Of a DNA stretch of 64,000 nucleotides, positions 46,327 through 56,997 are shown one piece after another; the first letter of the stretch is position 1; each line of letters begins with the position of its first letter. Both the position numbers and the translations under genes were made by a program. The notes below the pieces were generated by a model, which worked only from the letters and a program-made list of their open reading frames with translations, ran no database searches and had not been told where the DNA came from. Location: assembly GCA_963977015.1 (NCBI GenBank), contig CAXBMO010000024.1, positions 31,551 through 95,550 of the forward strand, read 5' to 3'. The stretch is from an uncultured bacterium. Lineage in GTDB: Bacteria; Verrucomicrobiota; Verrucomicrobiia; Verrucomicrobiales; DEV007.

Positions 46327-48084
46327 ATGCTCAAATCCGCCCTTTCTGGACTCTGCCTCGCCCTTATCACGGCAATCGCCTACGCCGATCAACCCAATGT
46401 GGTTTTCATCATCACCGATGATCAGGGCTACCCGGAAATTGCCGCCAACGGAAATCCCATCATCAAAACGCCGAATCTGGATCAGCTCCACCGCGAAGCC
46501 GTGCGCCTGGAAGACTATCATGTGGCGCCAACCTGTTCCCCAACCCGCGCCGGACTCATCACCGGCCACTGGACGAACCGGACCGGAGTCTGGCACACGA
46601 TCATGGGACGCTCCATGATCCGCAAAAACGAGGTGACGATTGCCCAACACCTCAAGGATGGCGGCTACCAAACCGCAATGTTCGGGAAGTGGCATCTGGG
46701 GGACAATTACCCGTTTCGCCCCGAGGACCGTGGGTTTGAAGAGGTGTTGCGCCACGGCGGCGGCGGCGTTGGCCAAACTCCTGACTACTGGGACAACGCG
46801 TATTTCGATGGAGCCTACTTTCACAACTCCAAAGCAGAAGCCGTGAAAGGGTTCTGCACGGACGTGTATTTTGACTACGCAAAACAGTTCATCCTCGCCA
46901 ACAAAGGCAGCGGCAAGCCCTTCTTCGCCTACATCAGCACCAATGCGCCGCACGGGCCGATGCATGCCCCCGAAGAATATTCCAAACTCTATCCCAATCT
47001 CGATACGGCCATGGCCAACTACTACGGAATGATCACCAACATCGATGAAAACGTTGGGAAAATGCGGGAGTTCCTGCGGGAGAACGGCCTCGAAGAGAAC
47101 ACCATTTTCGTCTTCTGCACGGACAACGGATCGGTTGGCACCAAAGTCTATGACGCAAACATGCGCGGCGGCAAAGGCAGCGAATACGACGGCGGCCATC
47201 GCGTCCCGTTCTTCATTTACTGGCCCAAAGGCAACTTGAAGAGACGTGTCGTGACCGAGATCTGCGGTCATGTCGACATCACCCCAACGTTGCTGGACCT
47301 CTGCGGAGTCGAAAACAAGGCCAAGGTGAAATTCGATGGCGTATCCATTCGTCCTCTGCTGGAAGGCAAAGCGCAAAGCTGGCCCGACCGCCTCCTCGTA
47401 ACGGACAGCCAACGCGTGCGCGACCCGATCAAATGGCGAAAGAGCTCGGTCATGACGAATCAATGGCGCCTCATCAACGGCGAAGCGCTCTACGACATCA
47501 AGGCGGATCCCAAGCAGGCGACCGACGTTGCCGGCAAACATCCCGAAGTCGTCAAAACGCTTCGTCAGTTTTATGACGATTGGTGGGCAGATCTGGAACC
47601 TGGTTTCAAGGTTCCCGCGCAGATCATTTTGGGGAATCCCGCAGAGAATCCGTCCATCCTGACGTGCCATGACTGGATCACCGATGGATCGACGCCGTGG
47701 AACCAAAGCCATGTCCGCGCCGGTCTGGATAAGCCGGGAACGCAGGGATTCTGGTACGTTTGGGTGGAACAAGCCGGCGAATACGAGATTGAGCTTCGTC
47801 GCTGGCCCCGCGAATCCGACCAGGCCATTTCGGCATCGCTTCCCCCGGGCGCCCCGGTTCCCGGAGTCAAAGCCTATCGGGAAACGCCGGGTCGCGGGAT
47901 CAACGTCGTCAAAGCCAGCCTGAAAATCGGCGATGCCGAAGCGGAAATCAACGTGCCCAGCGGCGCCAAATCGGTGACGCTGAAAGTCAACCTCACCGAG
48001 GGCGCCCATGAGTTCTGGACGACATTCGAAACCGCGGAAGGCGGCACCTTGGGAGCCTACTACGCCTACGTTCGGAAGTTGTAG
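46327..48084 (+). CDS. Arylsulfatase (S1 family), secreted
   Basis: PNVVFIITDDQG, CSPTRAGLITG, GKWHLG, DNG, GGHRVP. Confidence 0.93.
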   Translation: MLKSALSGLCLALITAIAYADQPNVVFIITDDQGYPEIAANGNPIIKTPNLDQLHREAVRLEDYHVAPTCSPTRAGLITGHWTNRTGVWHTIMGRSMIRKNEVTIAQHLKDGGYQTAMFGKWHLGDNYPFRPEDRGFEEVLRHGGGGVGQTPDYWDNAYFDGAYFHNSKAEAVKGFCTDVYFDYAKQFILANKGSGKPFFAYISTNAPHGPMHAPEEYSKLYPNLDTAMANYYGMITNIDENVGKMREFLRENGLEENTIFVFCTDNGSVGTKVYDANMRGGKGSEYDGGHRVPFFIYWPKGNLKRRVVTEICGHVDITPTLLDLCGVENKAKVKFDGVSIRPLLEGKAQSWPDRLLVTDSQRVRDPIKWRKSSVMTNQWRLINGEALYDIKADPKQATDVAGKHPEVVKTLRQFYDDWWADLEPGFKVPAQIILGNPAENPSILTCHDWITDGSTPWNQSHVRAGLDKPGTQGFWYVWVEQAGEYEIELRRWPRESDQAISASLPPGAPVPGVKAYRETPGRGINVVKASLKIGDAEAEINVPSGAKSVTLKVNLTEGAHEFWTTFETAEGGTLGAYYAYVRKL

Positions 48085-48162
48085 GAACCTAAACCAAGCT
48101 CAAACCGCCGGGCCATCCCCATCAAAGGCGGATTCTCGTGAATATCCATTCTGACTGCGTGT

Positions 48163-50046
48163 TCAACGCTGGTCGCTTGGATCGCTTTTTTCTGAGACGC
48201 CCCATTGAAAGATCGGCTCTTTGGCGAACGGACCGGCGTCTTCGACCGCATTGTTTTCTGCCGACAAATCGCTGATATTTTGCAGCACGATGCCATGGTT
48301 CGCGCCTTTCAGGGAATCCTTCGATGCCGGGGCCATTCCATAGCCCTTGATCTCGTTGTTGGATAATTCAAGGCCGTTGACTCCGCGGGCAATGATGGCC
48401 GCGCCCTGGCTATCGTTGATCCGGTTGCCCGTCATCGAGATATCCCGGGCGACCTGGCGATTTTCATAGTCGCCATCCGCGATGCGGATCGCTGCCTTGT
48501 CTTTGCTTTTCCCTTCGAGCCCTCCGAAGGCGATGGAGTTGTTTCGCACGATTACGGAGTGAACGTAGGGACCTTCGCCCCAAAAGCTGGCGTGACCTTG
48601 CAGTGATATTGCCGGCCCCATGGTATGGGAGATGGAATTGTTTTCGATGCGTGCTCCCGGACTTTGCATCCGGATTCCTCGGGCCAGGGAGCCAGTCATG
48701 GAGTTGTTCCGGATGATGGCATTTGCCCCGGAAAATGTTTCGCAGGCGATGACGACGTCCTCGGTGATCGTGAGAGGCTCATCCAGGGTGAGTTTGAGGA
48801 GAGTCTGCGTGCTCCCATAAGTGAGACCGGCGGCGGTTCCTGAGTGCCAACGGTGGGTGAGGTCTGCAAGGCAACGGTCTTTCTCGATCGTCCATTTCAG
48901 GGGAGCTGAGGTGATCCTTCGCTTGCCCAAGGATTCCAGAGTGCTGCGGTTGAGGAACTCGACTTCAATGGGCTCCGTGATGGTGCCACGATAATTCAAG
49001 ATGCTGCAGATGACTTCGGTCGGGCTGTTCTGCCAGATCACTCTGGAAAGGTGCCCATGGACGTTGATGAAATCATCGCCCATGTTCTCGATAACGCAGT
49101 CTTCAATGATGGGACCTTCGACGGAATTGGCGATATTGATTCCATCGGCATTCCCTGCCATCAAACGATCGGTTCCCGGGCGCCGAACGATTTTGCAGCC
49201 TCGGAAAATCGGCCCATGATCGCCCGTTGTCGCATTGGCGGCAAAAGCAACAAAGGGGCTGCTGTAGAGGGTGATGTTTTCCATCACGGAATGACTGCCG
49301 CCTTCGATTCTTACGGCGCGCCGCATCCGTTTGAGGATTGCGATCGCGTCACCGACTTCAATGTTCGACTCGACGATGGGGATCTCGTAGAACCCGCGGT
49401 ATTTTATGCGGTAAGTGCCGTTATCGTTTTGCCGGTTCCAATCGAGGCTGAGCGTGAAACCGGTTTGCCCCGCTTTCAGGACCCGGGTGTTGGCATTGAA
49501 GAGCATGCCACGCAATCCGCCCTGCGAGCCTTTGCTCGCCGACATGCCGGGGACGACCTTCTCGTAGCCGGGATCGATCCGAACATCAAAAGAGCTCGAC
49601 TCAGGATGGACTGCCGTAACGATGCCCTGTGTAAAGGGAAGCGGATCCCAATCGAGAATGGCGTTCTTAAGGGTTAGATTTTCGGTTTTACTGGTTACGA
49701 TGCCGGTGGCTTCGCTTTCAAACCATAGGGTGGATCCCTGGAAGTCGACCGTGAAGTCATTGATTCCCCTCAAATGGATAAAGTAGGGGCGATTGCCTCC
49801 AGCGGTTTCCGCAAATCGATAGTGGCCGGTCGGGACTTTGATTTCAGGCAGTCCAGCTTCGGCTGCTTCCCGAATCTGCTGGATGATCGCCTTGCCGGCT
49901 TGCCGCTGGCTTTCTTTGGTGGCTTCGCTCCACTCCGATATTTCTGGAGGGAGAGGGGCCGATTGGAGCCCCTGCACGAGCAAAAGCAGAGGGATGAGAA
50001 CGCTGATGCGGAGCGTTTGAGGGAAATGCGTCGTTTCTTGTTTCAT
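48163..50046 (-). CDS. Right-handed parallel beta-helix glycosidase, GH110-like
   Basis: Signal peptide, D.DPLPFTQG, NADG, MGDDFINVHG, ARG, W.EG and many beta-helix turns. Confidence 0.72.
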   Translation of the reverse strand: MKQETTHFPQTLRISVLIPLLLLVQGLQSAPLPPEISEWSEATKESQRQAGKAIIQQIREAAEAGLPEIKVPTGHYRFAETAGGNRPYFIHLRGINDFTVDFQGSTLWFESEATGIVTSKTENLTLKNAILDWDPLPFTQGIVTAVHPESSSFDVRIDPGYEKVVPGMSASKGSQGGLRGMLFNANTRVLKAGQTGFTLSLDWNRQNDNGTYRIKYRGFYEIPIVESNIEVGDAIAILKRMRRAVRIEGGSHSVMENITLYSSPFVAFAANATTGDHGPIFRGCKIVRRPGTDRLMAGNADGINIANSVEGPIIEDCVIENMGDDFINVHGHLSRVIWQNSPTEVICSILNYRGTITEPIEVEFLNRSTLESLGKRRITSAPLKWTIEKDRCLADLTHRWHSGTAAGLTYGSTQTLLKLTLDEPLTITEDVVIACETFSGANAIIRNNSMTGSLARGIRMQSPGARIENNSISHTMGPAISLQGHASFWGEGPYVHSVIVRNNSIAFGGLEGKSKDKAAIRIADGDYENRQVARDISMTGNRINDSQGAAIIARGVNGLELSNNEIKGYGMAPASKDSLKGANHGIVLQNISDLSAENNAVEDAGPFAKEPIFQWGVSEKSDPSDQR

Positions 50047-50107
50047 CGATCGGATAATTTGATTCCAAGTCCGGATTCGGGTTCAGCTGCCGGAGAAGCG
50101 GGCCCAC

Positions 50108-52684
50108 TCACTTCTGCCGAAACAGGTCGCTCTCCACACATGCCAGGATGAGATCGCGAAGCCTGTATCCGTCCGGTTTCGTCGTGGCCAACACCTTCCG
50201 GATGTGAGGACGGTCCGTGACGGCGAGTTCGCGGCCGAGCGCCTGAATGAACAACTTCTCCACGAAGTTGCGGGCAAAATCATCTTCGCGTTTGAGGAGA
50301 AGCCGCTTGAACTCAACAATGTCCGCGAAGTCCTCCCCGCGGAAGGTGCTGCTGGAATCGATGGGCGGATACTTCTTCCCAATCGGGTAATGCCCGCGCC
50401 ATCCGCCGATGGGATCGAACTTCTCCAAGGCAAATCCGGGCGGGTCGATGTAGGCATGGCAGGAGCGGCAGGCCGAGTTGTCGCGGTGCTTCTGGAGCTG
50501 GTCGCGAATCGTCTTGGCGCCGCGAATGTCGGGCTCGATCGCGGGGACTCCGGGCGGTGGAGGATTGGGTGGCGTGCCGAGGATGTTCTCCAACAGCCAG
50601 ACGCCTCGAATCACGGGAGAGGTATCGACGCCGTTCGCGGTCAGGGTCAGCACGCTGGCCTGGCCGAGAATGCCGCCGCGCCCTGCCTGCTGGTGAGCAA
50701 CCCGGGCAAAGCGCATTGAGGGAGCGTCTCCCGCCCCGTCCGCCCGGAGGAGCCGGGAATCCACGCCTTCGATCTCCTTGCCGACCGCTTCGGCGACGGC
50801 TTCCGCGCCGATCTTGTAGTGCTCGGCGAGTTCCTTGTTCGCGTAGGTGTAATCCGAGTCGAGAAAGAGCCGCAACGGGCCGTTGGTGTGCAGGATCTCG
50901 TGAAAGTAGAGCCGCGTTTCCTGGCGCATGGCCGGTTCGAGCTTGTCGCTGTAATACTTCGCGAACCTGCGCACGTCCGGCGCCATGGAGCCGAGTTTGC
51001 GCAGATGCAGCCAGCCATCGAGAAACTCGGAGACGAACCCTTCGGACCTGGGATCCTCGAGCAAGCGCATGGCCTCGGTGCGGAGAACGTCGGGATCGCT
51101 GAGTTCGCCTTTGGCGGCCCGTTGCCGAAGCGCCTCGTCAGGCATCGACGCCCAGAGGAAGTAGGACAGTCGCGACGCCAGTTCGTCACCGCTGAGTTGA
51201 TCCTGCCGTTCCTCGCGAAACAGAAACTCCGGCGAGCAGAGGATCGCTTTGATCCCTTCGCGGATCGCGTCTTCCGCAGAAAGCCCGTTTTTCTCCGCGT
51301 TGCGGACGTGCTCGACGACCAGCTCAACCTCGGCGGGCTCGGCATCCCGACGCCACGCCTTCGAGGCAAACTGTTGCAACACTTCCCCGGCGCGATCGGA
51401 CGCGTAGGGCTCATCCCCGAAAATCGCGCGGTGACTCGCGGGCGGCCACGACTCGTTCAGCGGCCCCTCAACCAGGATGCGGTGAACCTGAATGCGGGGC
51501 GATTCAAACATGCGGAACACGCCATTGTTCCCATTGCGCGCCTCGAAAGCGGCGAACTCCTCCTCATCGAGAAACTCCTTGGCGTTGTCTATGAAATAAC
51601 TCAGCAGCCGATTGTTCGAGCTGCTCGGACCATTGGGGAAACCCAACTTTAAGAATTGGTCTTCCCGGAGCCAAACCTTGCATTCCACCCAAACGAGTTC
51701 GTCGTCCGGAAGGTCCCAGATTGCGAGCTGGCGCTGGTCGGCCTGCCGACGATGGGTGGCGTCTTTGAGGGCGTCCCTGTTCGTGGGATCAATCCCGCGC
51801 AAGGTTCCCGTGAAGAGCGCCAGCCGAAGCGGTTCCGTCCCATCCCAGAGTGAGTTGTGGGGCTTGAACCTTTCCGGGTCGATCGCGTGGCGAAACTTGG
51901 CCTCGGCCTGGATCCGAATCGTGTACCAACCGCTCTTCCCCACCCCGTTCTTCATCTCATTGACGGGATGGTAGCCGCCCTCAGGAATTCCCCTAATGCG
52001 CGCGAAGATGCTTTGATAGGGCTGAGGGATGCCCAAGGTCTTCTTGTAATACGAGAGCTCCCCGCCCTGCTGGCTGTTCAGCTCCACATCGAATGGCGGC
52101 TTCAGATCCCACGTCCCCACTTCGGGCTTCTCCTCGAAGTGAACCGCCTGGCCGACGATTTTTTCCGCCGCTTCGAGATACTGGCGAAGCAGGAAGCTGG
52201 ACGTCACCAACTTCTCGCCGTCCGTGGCGAATCCGTGATGGCGTTCATCTGCCGGGAAGCTCGATGTCGGGTCATCAATTTCGAGGTCGAGATGGAGCAG
52301 GTCGCGAATCGTAAATTTGTATTCCGTCGTATTGAGCCGACGCAAAACCGCAGGATGACGCGGCTGCTTCGCATAATAAGCAACCAATCGCTCTTCCAGA
52401 TCCAGAACCGCAGCCTCGCGCTCCTCGTCACTGGGTTGCGGCTTCTTCGCTGGAGGCATGAAACCTCGTTCGATTTGCTCCATGCACTTCTTCCAGATCT
52501 CGGCGTTGGATTCGTCGATCTCGAACGCCAACGGCTCCAGGGAAAGCCCTCCCTTCTCGGACGCATCATCGTGGCAATCCAGACAACTCTCGGACAGCAA
52601 CGTCTCAAACGCGCTTTCCTCGGCATGAAGCCCGGAAAGCAGGGTAAAAAGGACCGGCAGGACGAAAAACGATTCTCTGATCAT
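50108..52684 (-). CDS. DUF1592-family multidomain protein with CxxCH motifs
   Basis: CLDCH, LRRLN..EY..TIRDL, ELASRLSYFLW, TSPV.RG.W, CRSCH..IDPPGFALE.FD. Confidence 0.9.
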   Translation of the reverse strand: MIRESFFVLPVLFTLLSGLHAEESAFETLLSESCLDCHDDASEKGGLSLEPLAFEIDESNAEIWKKCMEQIERGFMPPAKKPQPSDEEREAAVLDLEERLVAYYAKQPRHPAVLRRLNTTEYKFTIRDLLHLDLEIDDPTSSFPADERHHGFATDGEKLVTSSFLLRQYLEAAEKIVGQAVHFEEKPEVGTWDLKPPFDVELNSQQGGELSYYKKTLGIPQPYQSIFARIRGIPEGGYHPVNEMKNGVGKSGWYTIRIQAEAKFRHAIDPERFKPHNSLWDGTEPLRLALFTGTLRGIDPTNRDALKDATHRRQADQRQLAIWDLPDDELVWVECKVWLREDQFLKLGFPNGPSSSNNRLLSYFIDNAKEFLDEEEFAAFEARNGNNGVFRMFESPRIQVHRILVEGPLNESWPPASHRAIFGDEPYASDRAGEVLQQFASKAWRRDAEPAEVELVVEHVRNAEKNGLSAEDAIREGIKAILCSPEFLFREERQDQLSGDELASRLSYFLWASMPDEALRQRAAKGELSDPDVLRTEAMRLLEDPRSEGFVSEFLDGWLHLRKLGSMAPDVRRFAKYYSDKLEPAMRQETRLYFHEILHTNGPLRLFLDSDYTYANKELAEHYKIGAEAVAEAVGKEIEGVDSRLLRADGAGDAPSMRFARVAHQQAGRGGILGQASVLTLTANGVDTSPVIRGVWLLENILGTPPNPPPPGVPAIEPDIRGAKTIRDQLQKHRDNSACRSCHAYIDPPGFALEKFDPIGGWRGHYPIGKKYPPIDSSSTFRGEDFADIVEFKRLLLKREDDFARNFVEKLFIQALGRELAVTDRPHIRKVLATTKPDGYRLRDLILACVESDLFRQK

Positions 52685-53934
52685 GCCGAAAAAGCGTCGA
52701 GCGTTCCGTTGCTGTGACCAAAGCGATCCGTCTCCACCCCGAATTGCTGAGCAACCGACAGGAACAGATTGGAAAGGGGAACTCGCTTGCTTTTCTCCGT
52801 TGGAAGCACGGAATGCGTGGCATGCTTGTGCGTTCCACCAGCCAGTAAAATGGGCAGCTTCTGGTTCGTGTGCGCGCTGCCGTCGCCCATTCCGCTCCCG
52901 AAGAGGACTTGCGTGGTGTCGAGCAATCCCCGTTCATCCAGTTTGGAGAGAAATGCCGAGATCTGCTCGATCTGATACTGCTCAATCCGGCGCATCCCCG
53001 CCATCAGCGTCTCGTCCTTGCCATGGTGGGAGTAGGCATGGTAGCCCTTCGGCTCGATCCCGACGCCCTTGGCATCAAACGCGCCGGGAACCTCGATCGT
53101 CGCCACCCGAGTGGAATTCGTCTCGAGCGCCAGCGTCACCAGGTCGAACAAGATGGGAAGCTGTTGGGAAACCGTCCCGTCTTTGGGCTCGCTGATCTCC
53201 ACCTCCGGGCGCGGTTGATGCACCCAGTCCTGCTCCTGCTGGATCGCGACCTCCACCTCACGCACCGAGGTGAAGTATTGATCCATCTTCGCCTGGTCCA
53301 GCTTGCTGAGGCGGCGGTACATTGCCCTGGCTTGGGCGGAAACGGTGTCGAGAATCGATCCCTGCCGATCGTAGCGCTGACTCCGCGCCTTCATCTGTTC
53401 AGGCGTCTCGTTCACGAAGAGTAGCTTGAAGAGTTGGCTGACCCGTTGGATCGCCGGAACCAGCACCCCGGATCGCGTCCAACTCAACTCACAGCTTCCG
53501 CCGCTGTTGCTGCCGGCCGAAGTGTTGAGCACCGGAAACCTCGTTTGCCCCGCCACCTGTTCGGCCAGGAACTGGTCGAGCGAAATGTTGCCGTCCGGCA
53601 TGGCGCCAGACTCCGTGGATCGCACGCCGGAGAGAAACGTGTGCGTCGCCGAGTGACCACCGTTGTAGCCATGGTCCAGATTCGAAAATACGGTGAATTT
53701 CCCACGATGTGGCTCCAACGAAGCCAGGTTTGTGGGGAGCGTGGCGTCGTGACCTGCCTCGTCCGGAAAAAAGGCGTCGCGAATCATCCCAAAAGGGTTG
53801 GCCACGCAAACAAACCGGGGCGTCACCGGCGGCGAGTCGGACTTTGCATAGGTTTCCAAAAACGGTAAGGCGAGGCATACACCGGTCCCTCTTAAAAATT
53901 GGCGGCGATGCAGGGAGTTTTGAGGTCGAGACAT
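52681..53934 (-). CDS. DUF1552-family Tat-exported protein
   Basis: RRQFLRG Tat motif, ISLDQ, H.YSHH, GSGM....H....LP.LLAGG. ATGA-coupled to the DUF1592 gene. Confidence 0.9.
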   Translation of the reverse strand: MSRPQNSLHRRQFLRGTGVCLALPFLETYAKSDSPPVTPRFVCVANPFGMIRDAFFPDEAGHDATLPTNLASLEPHRGKFTVFSNLDHGYNGGHSATHTFLSGVRSTESGAMPDGNISLDQFLAEQVAGQTRFPVLNTSAGSNSGGSCELSWTRSGVLVPAIQRVSQLFKLLFVNETPEQMKARSQRYDRQGSILDTVSAQARAMYRRLSKLDQAKMDQYFTSVREVEVAIQQEQDWVHQPRPEVEISEPKDGTVSQQLPILFDLVTLALETNSTRVATIEVPGAFDAKGVGIEPKGYHAYSHHGKDETLMAGMRRIEQYQIEQISAFLSKLDERGLLDTTQVLFGSGMGDGSAHTNQKLPILLAGGTHKHATHSVLPTEKSKRVPLSNLFLSVAQQFGVETDRFGHSNGTLDAFSA

Positions 53935-54078
53935 TTTCAGGTGAAACAACAGGTTTTTCGCGTTCGGCGACGGGGACCGTTACGGGTGGGAACCTGCGAT
54001 TTCAAGACCGAACCCTGGACTGATTTCCGCCCGGACAAAGGCCGGTTATTGCAACTGCATATCAGGGTTTCCCGACCG

Positions 54079-54996
54079 CTACCGGCTCAAGAAATAGAGG
54101 TAGCAATACATGATCGGCGCAGTGAAGAGAATGCTGTCGATCAGGTCGAGCACGCCTCCAATTCCCGGCATCACGTGGCCCGAATCCTTGGTGATGAGGC
54201 TGCGCTTGACGATGGATTCCGCAAGATCGCCCAAAATGGCGGCCAGACCGATGATCACGGCCAACACACAGGTGTGCAGCGTGGTCAAAAGCGGCATGTC
54301 ATCCCCAAAAAAGCCCGTCACGACAAAGGCGGCGACAAAGGCGCCCAAAAACGCCCCCGCAAAACCTTCCCACGTTTTCCCGGGACTGATATGGGGAATC
54401 ATCTTGTGCTTCCCGATGAGCGAACCAATCGCGTAGGCTCCGGCATCGGTGAATTTGGTGACCGCGAGAAGGAAGAACAGGTATCCGCGCCCCGGAACTT
54501 CGTTGGTGTGGAACCCGTCCTGAAAGAAGGAGATCCGCGTCACGAAATTGAAGAGAAAGGCGATGTAGATGAACCCGAAAACCGAGGCCATCACGGAAAT
54601 ATGGCTGCGCCCGGGTTTGATCGGAAAGTTCAAATTGACCCCGAAGGCCACGAAGATCACTGCGACAATCGCGAGGCTGTCAAAAAAGCCAAAATGGTCA
54701 TACCGCCCGTGCGCTGCCAGCCAAAAGCAGGCGCTGCAATGCCCCACCGCAATGAGAGTCGTAAAAATGCCTTCCCAGAGGACCCTCGCGCTGCGCAAGA
54801 TCCGGAAATACTCGATCATCCCCAGGAGCACAAACGTGAGGATCAGAAAGTAGAACAGAACCGGATGAGCCGAGATGAGTCCGGCACCAACCAGCCCCCA
54901 AAGACAGAGCGTTGAAATGATTCGGCTTCGAAACGCTGCTTTTTTGCGATCGCTGGCAGATTGGGTTGAGGAGTTTTTGTCGTCGGCTTTGGACAT
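54079..54996 (-). CDS. cdsA: Phosphatidate cytidylyltransferase
   Basis: D.GAY..G...GKHK....ISPGKTWEG, GDLAES..KR....KDSG..MPG.GGVLD..DS. Confidence 0.93.
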   Translation of the reverse strand: MSKADDKNSSTQSASDRKKAAFRSRIISTLCLWGLVGAGLISAHPVLFYFLILTFVLLGMIEYFRILRSARVLWEGIFTTLIAVGHCSACFWLAAHGRYDHFGFFDSLAIVAVIFVAFGVNLNFPIKPGRSHISVMASVFGFIYIAFLFNFVTRISFFQDGFHTNEVPGRGYLFFLLAVTKFTDAGAYAIGSLIGKHKMIPHISPGKTWEGFAGAFLGAFVAAFVVTGFFGDDMPLLTTLHTCVLAVIIGLAAILGDLAESIVKRSLITKDSGHVMPGIGGVLDLIDSILFTAPIMYCYLYFLSR

Positions 54997-55095
54997 GATG
55001 GGCTCAGAACAGCCGGGCCAATCGAACTTCCTAGAGGCGCATCTGGCAAGCCTAACATCGGGAAAAAGTTGCCAGCTTTCTCGCTCCAAGGCATT

Positions 55096-55533
55096 TTAGG
55101 GCTCTGCGCCCCGTTTCTTCCATTGGTGAAACTGAAACGTTCCCAGCATTCCCCGAAAAAACACGATCATGAAGATGATCGCGAGAATGCCTCCATGAAA
55201 TTGCCCGGTCTCGATTCCGAGCCAGATTTTTGAGAGAACAAAGTAAAGGAACATGATCGTCGCGCAGACCCGGTTCCGTTTGGCGATTCCAAAGGCCAGC
55301 ATCAAAATCAGGAAGACGTCGATCAGGTTCCAGAGGTTAAAGAGCGGATTCTCCATCTCTCCTGCCGCCATCACCAATGAGAGAATCAACGTCATTCCTG
55401 CTGAAATCGTCGCCGCAATCCACGCCGTCCGAATTTTCGTTAGAATCGCGGAAGGAACTTTATCCTCAACCTTGACCGGCTGGCCCAAATCTGACGAAGG
55501 CGCTTGATAGGGATTGATTGGCTGCTGGTCCAT
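55096..55533 (-). CDS. Hypothetical 4-TM membrane protein
   Basis: NPYQAP N-terminal motif followed by four hydrophobic helices. Confidence 0.75.
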   Translation of the reverse strand: MDQQPINPYQAPSSDLGQPVKVEDKVPSAILTKIRTAWIAATISAGMTLILSLVMAAGEMENPLFNLWNLIDVFLILMLAFGIAKRNRVCATIMFLYFVLSKIWLGIETGQFHGGILAIIFMIVFFRGMLGTFQFHQWKKRGAEP

Positions 55534-55694
55534 AATCGCAAAATTCAGAGAAAGGCTGGCGGCGGGATGGGAAGTCGTCAAACCCGATTGCATGACCATA
55601 ACGCCCTGAGAACGAGGCCGAACAAGCGTCGCCCCTCTACCAAACCAGCCCTTCCGGCCCTGTTTTTGATCCGCAGATCCGCCCATGATGCCGA

Positions 55695-55949
55695 CTACGG
55701 AGACAAATCCAGCAATTGGAAATAGGCGTCGTAAAAATCCCCCACCCAATCGACGTTTTCGTAAAGAAAGGCCAAGGGCGACAAGACCGAAACTGACCCT
55801 GCGATCAGCCAATTGGGGAGATCGAGATCGGACTCATAAATCAGCCAAAGCAGCGGACCCGGCGACAACACATAGAGGATCGGAATCGCGATGGCGAGCA
55901 CCAGCCCCGTTTCGTGGAGGCGCCGCGTCGATGAATCCTCAGCTCTCAC
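55695..55949 (-). CDS. Small hypothetical membrane protein
   Basis: Hydrophobic helix ending in LYVLS.GP, then P L..L...Y pattern. Start uncertain. Confidence 0.55.
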   Translation of the reverse strand: MRAEDSSTRRLHETGLVLAIAIPILYVLSPGPLLWLIYESDLDLPNWLIAGSVSVLSPLAFLYENVDWVGDFYDAYFQLLDLSP

Positions 55950-56301
55950 TCTGTCTGCTTAGACGGGCATCTGCCGTTTACCAGCTTAAACAAAGGCTCA
56001 CATTTCCATTTTTCCGCTGGAATGAGTCCCGTTTCTCGCTTGTGGTTAGGACGCAAAAAGTTCACTTCCCCAGCATCAAACTCTTCCCAATCCTGGTCAG
56101 GCTGGACCCAATGGAGAAATTGAAGAAGGCATCGAAACTTCCGTCGAACCTTGAAGGAATTAGCTGAAACCGCTGGCTTCTTGAGGTAAGCCTGAGTTTT
56201 TCCCTCGAAATCCATCCAGATTAGTGTTGCCATTGCCCCCCCGTTGCCCTTAAAACGGCGTGACTTTTAGACCCAGAATTTTCTCAAAACATCCAAACTT
56301 C

Positions 56302-56922
56302 ATGAAATCCCTCCTGCGATTGCCTTCTACACTTCTCCTAACCCTGACCGCGTTGTTGTTAGCACAGTCCTTCAGTTTTGGCCAAGCCTGGGCGCCGACC
56401 CAGGTCGCGGCGGACATCAAGGACGTCAACATCATCATGCAGAAGACTCCACAGTTCGACGCTCAGGTTTCTGACAGCAAGAAAGACGGGAAGCGGCGTG
56501 AATATCTCGAAGTCGAGGTCGAGTTCGAAACGAAATCGAATTCCAAGATCAAGATTGTTCCGGAATTGATGATTCAGTACTATCTCGCCGTAAAAGGGAT
56601 TGAGCAGCAGGTTCTCACGGACTCCTACCGCTATCGGAACATCGAGGATGATGAGGAAGCCTTCTCAATCGTTTACGTCTCTCCGGCATCCCTGACGCAA
56701 ATCGCCGGAGAAAAGGGAAAATTCAAGGAAAGCGATGTCGTCGCCTGGGGAGTTGAGATTCTTTACAAGGGACGGGTTGTCGCCACCGCATCGAGCAGCG
56801 GCAACAAGCCATGGTGGACGGCAACGAACGCTCAAACCACCTCAGGGCTGATGATGCCCAAGGAAAAGACGCCTTTTCAACTCCTCTGGATCGATCGCCA
56901 CGCCGAAACCATCCTCGATTAA
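56302..56922 (+). CDS. Amuc_1102-family pilus-like protein
   Basis: Signal peptide, TPQF, LEVEVEF, VYVSP, K.KTPF..LW.DR. First gene of the PilM/N/O-like cluster. Confidence 0.72.
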   Translation: MKSLLRLPSTLLLTLTALLLAQSFSFGQAWAPTQVAADIKDVNIIMQKTPQFDAQVSDSKKDGKRREYLEVEVEFETKSNSKIKIVPELMIQYYLAVKGIEQQVLTDSYRYRNIEDDEEAFSIVYVSPASLTQIAGEKGKFKESDVVAWGVEILYKGRVVATASSSGNKPWWTATNAQTTSGLMMPKEKTPFQLLWIDRHAETILD

Positions 56923-56997
56923 TCTGTTGGTTAGCCAACAACTTGCTCGTAGTGGTTCTGTGGCTTAAGAACCATTGACGTATCCTATCACTCACTC

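Noticed and set aside
46294-48009. 571-aa minus-strand ORF, and similarly 36206-37510 and 59257-60783
   Set aside because: Antisense to sulfatase or pilus genes that have clear motifs.
55946-56233. 95-aa minus-strand ORF upstream of the pilus cluster
   Set aside because: No motifs and it lies in a likely divergent promoter region; unsupported.
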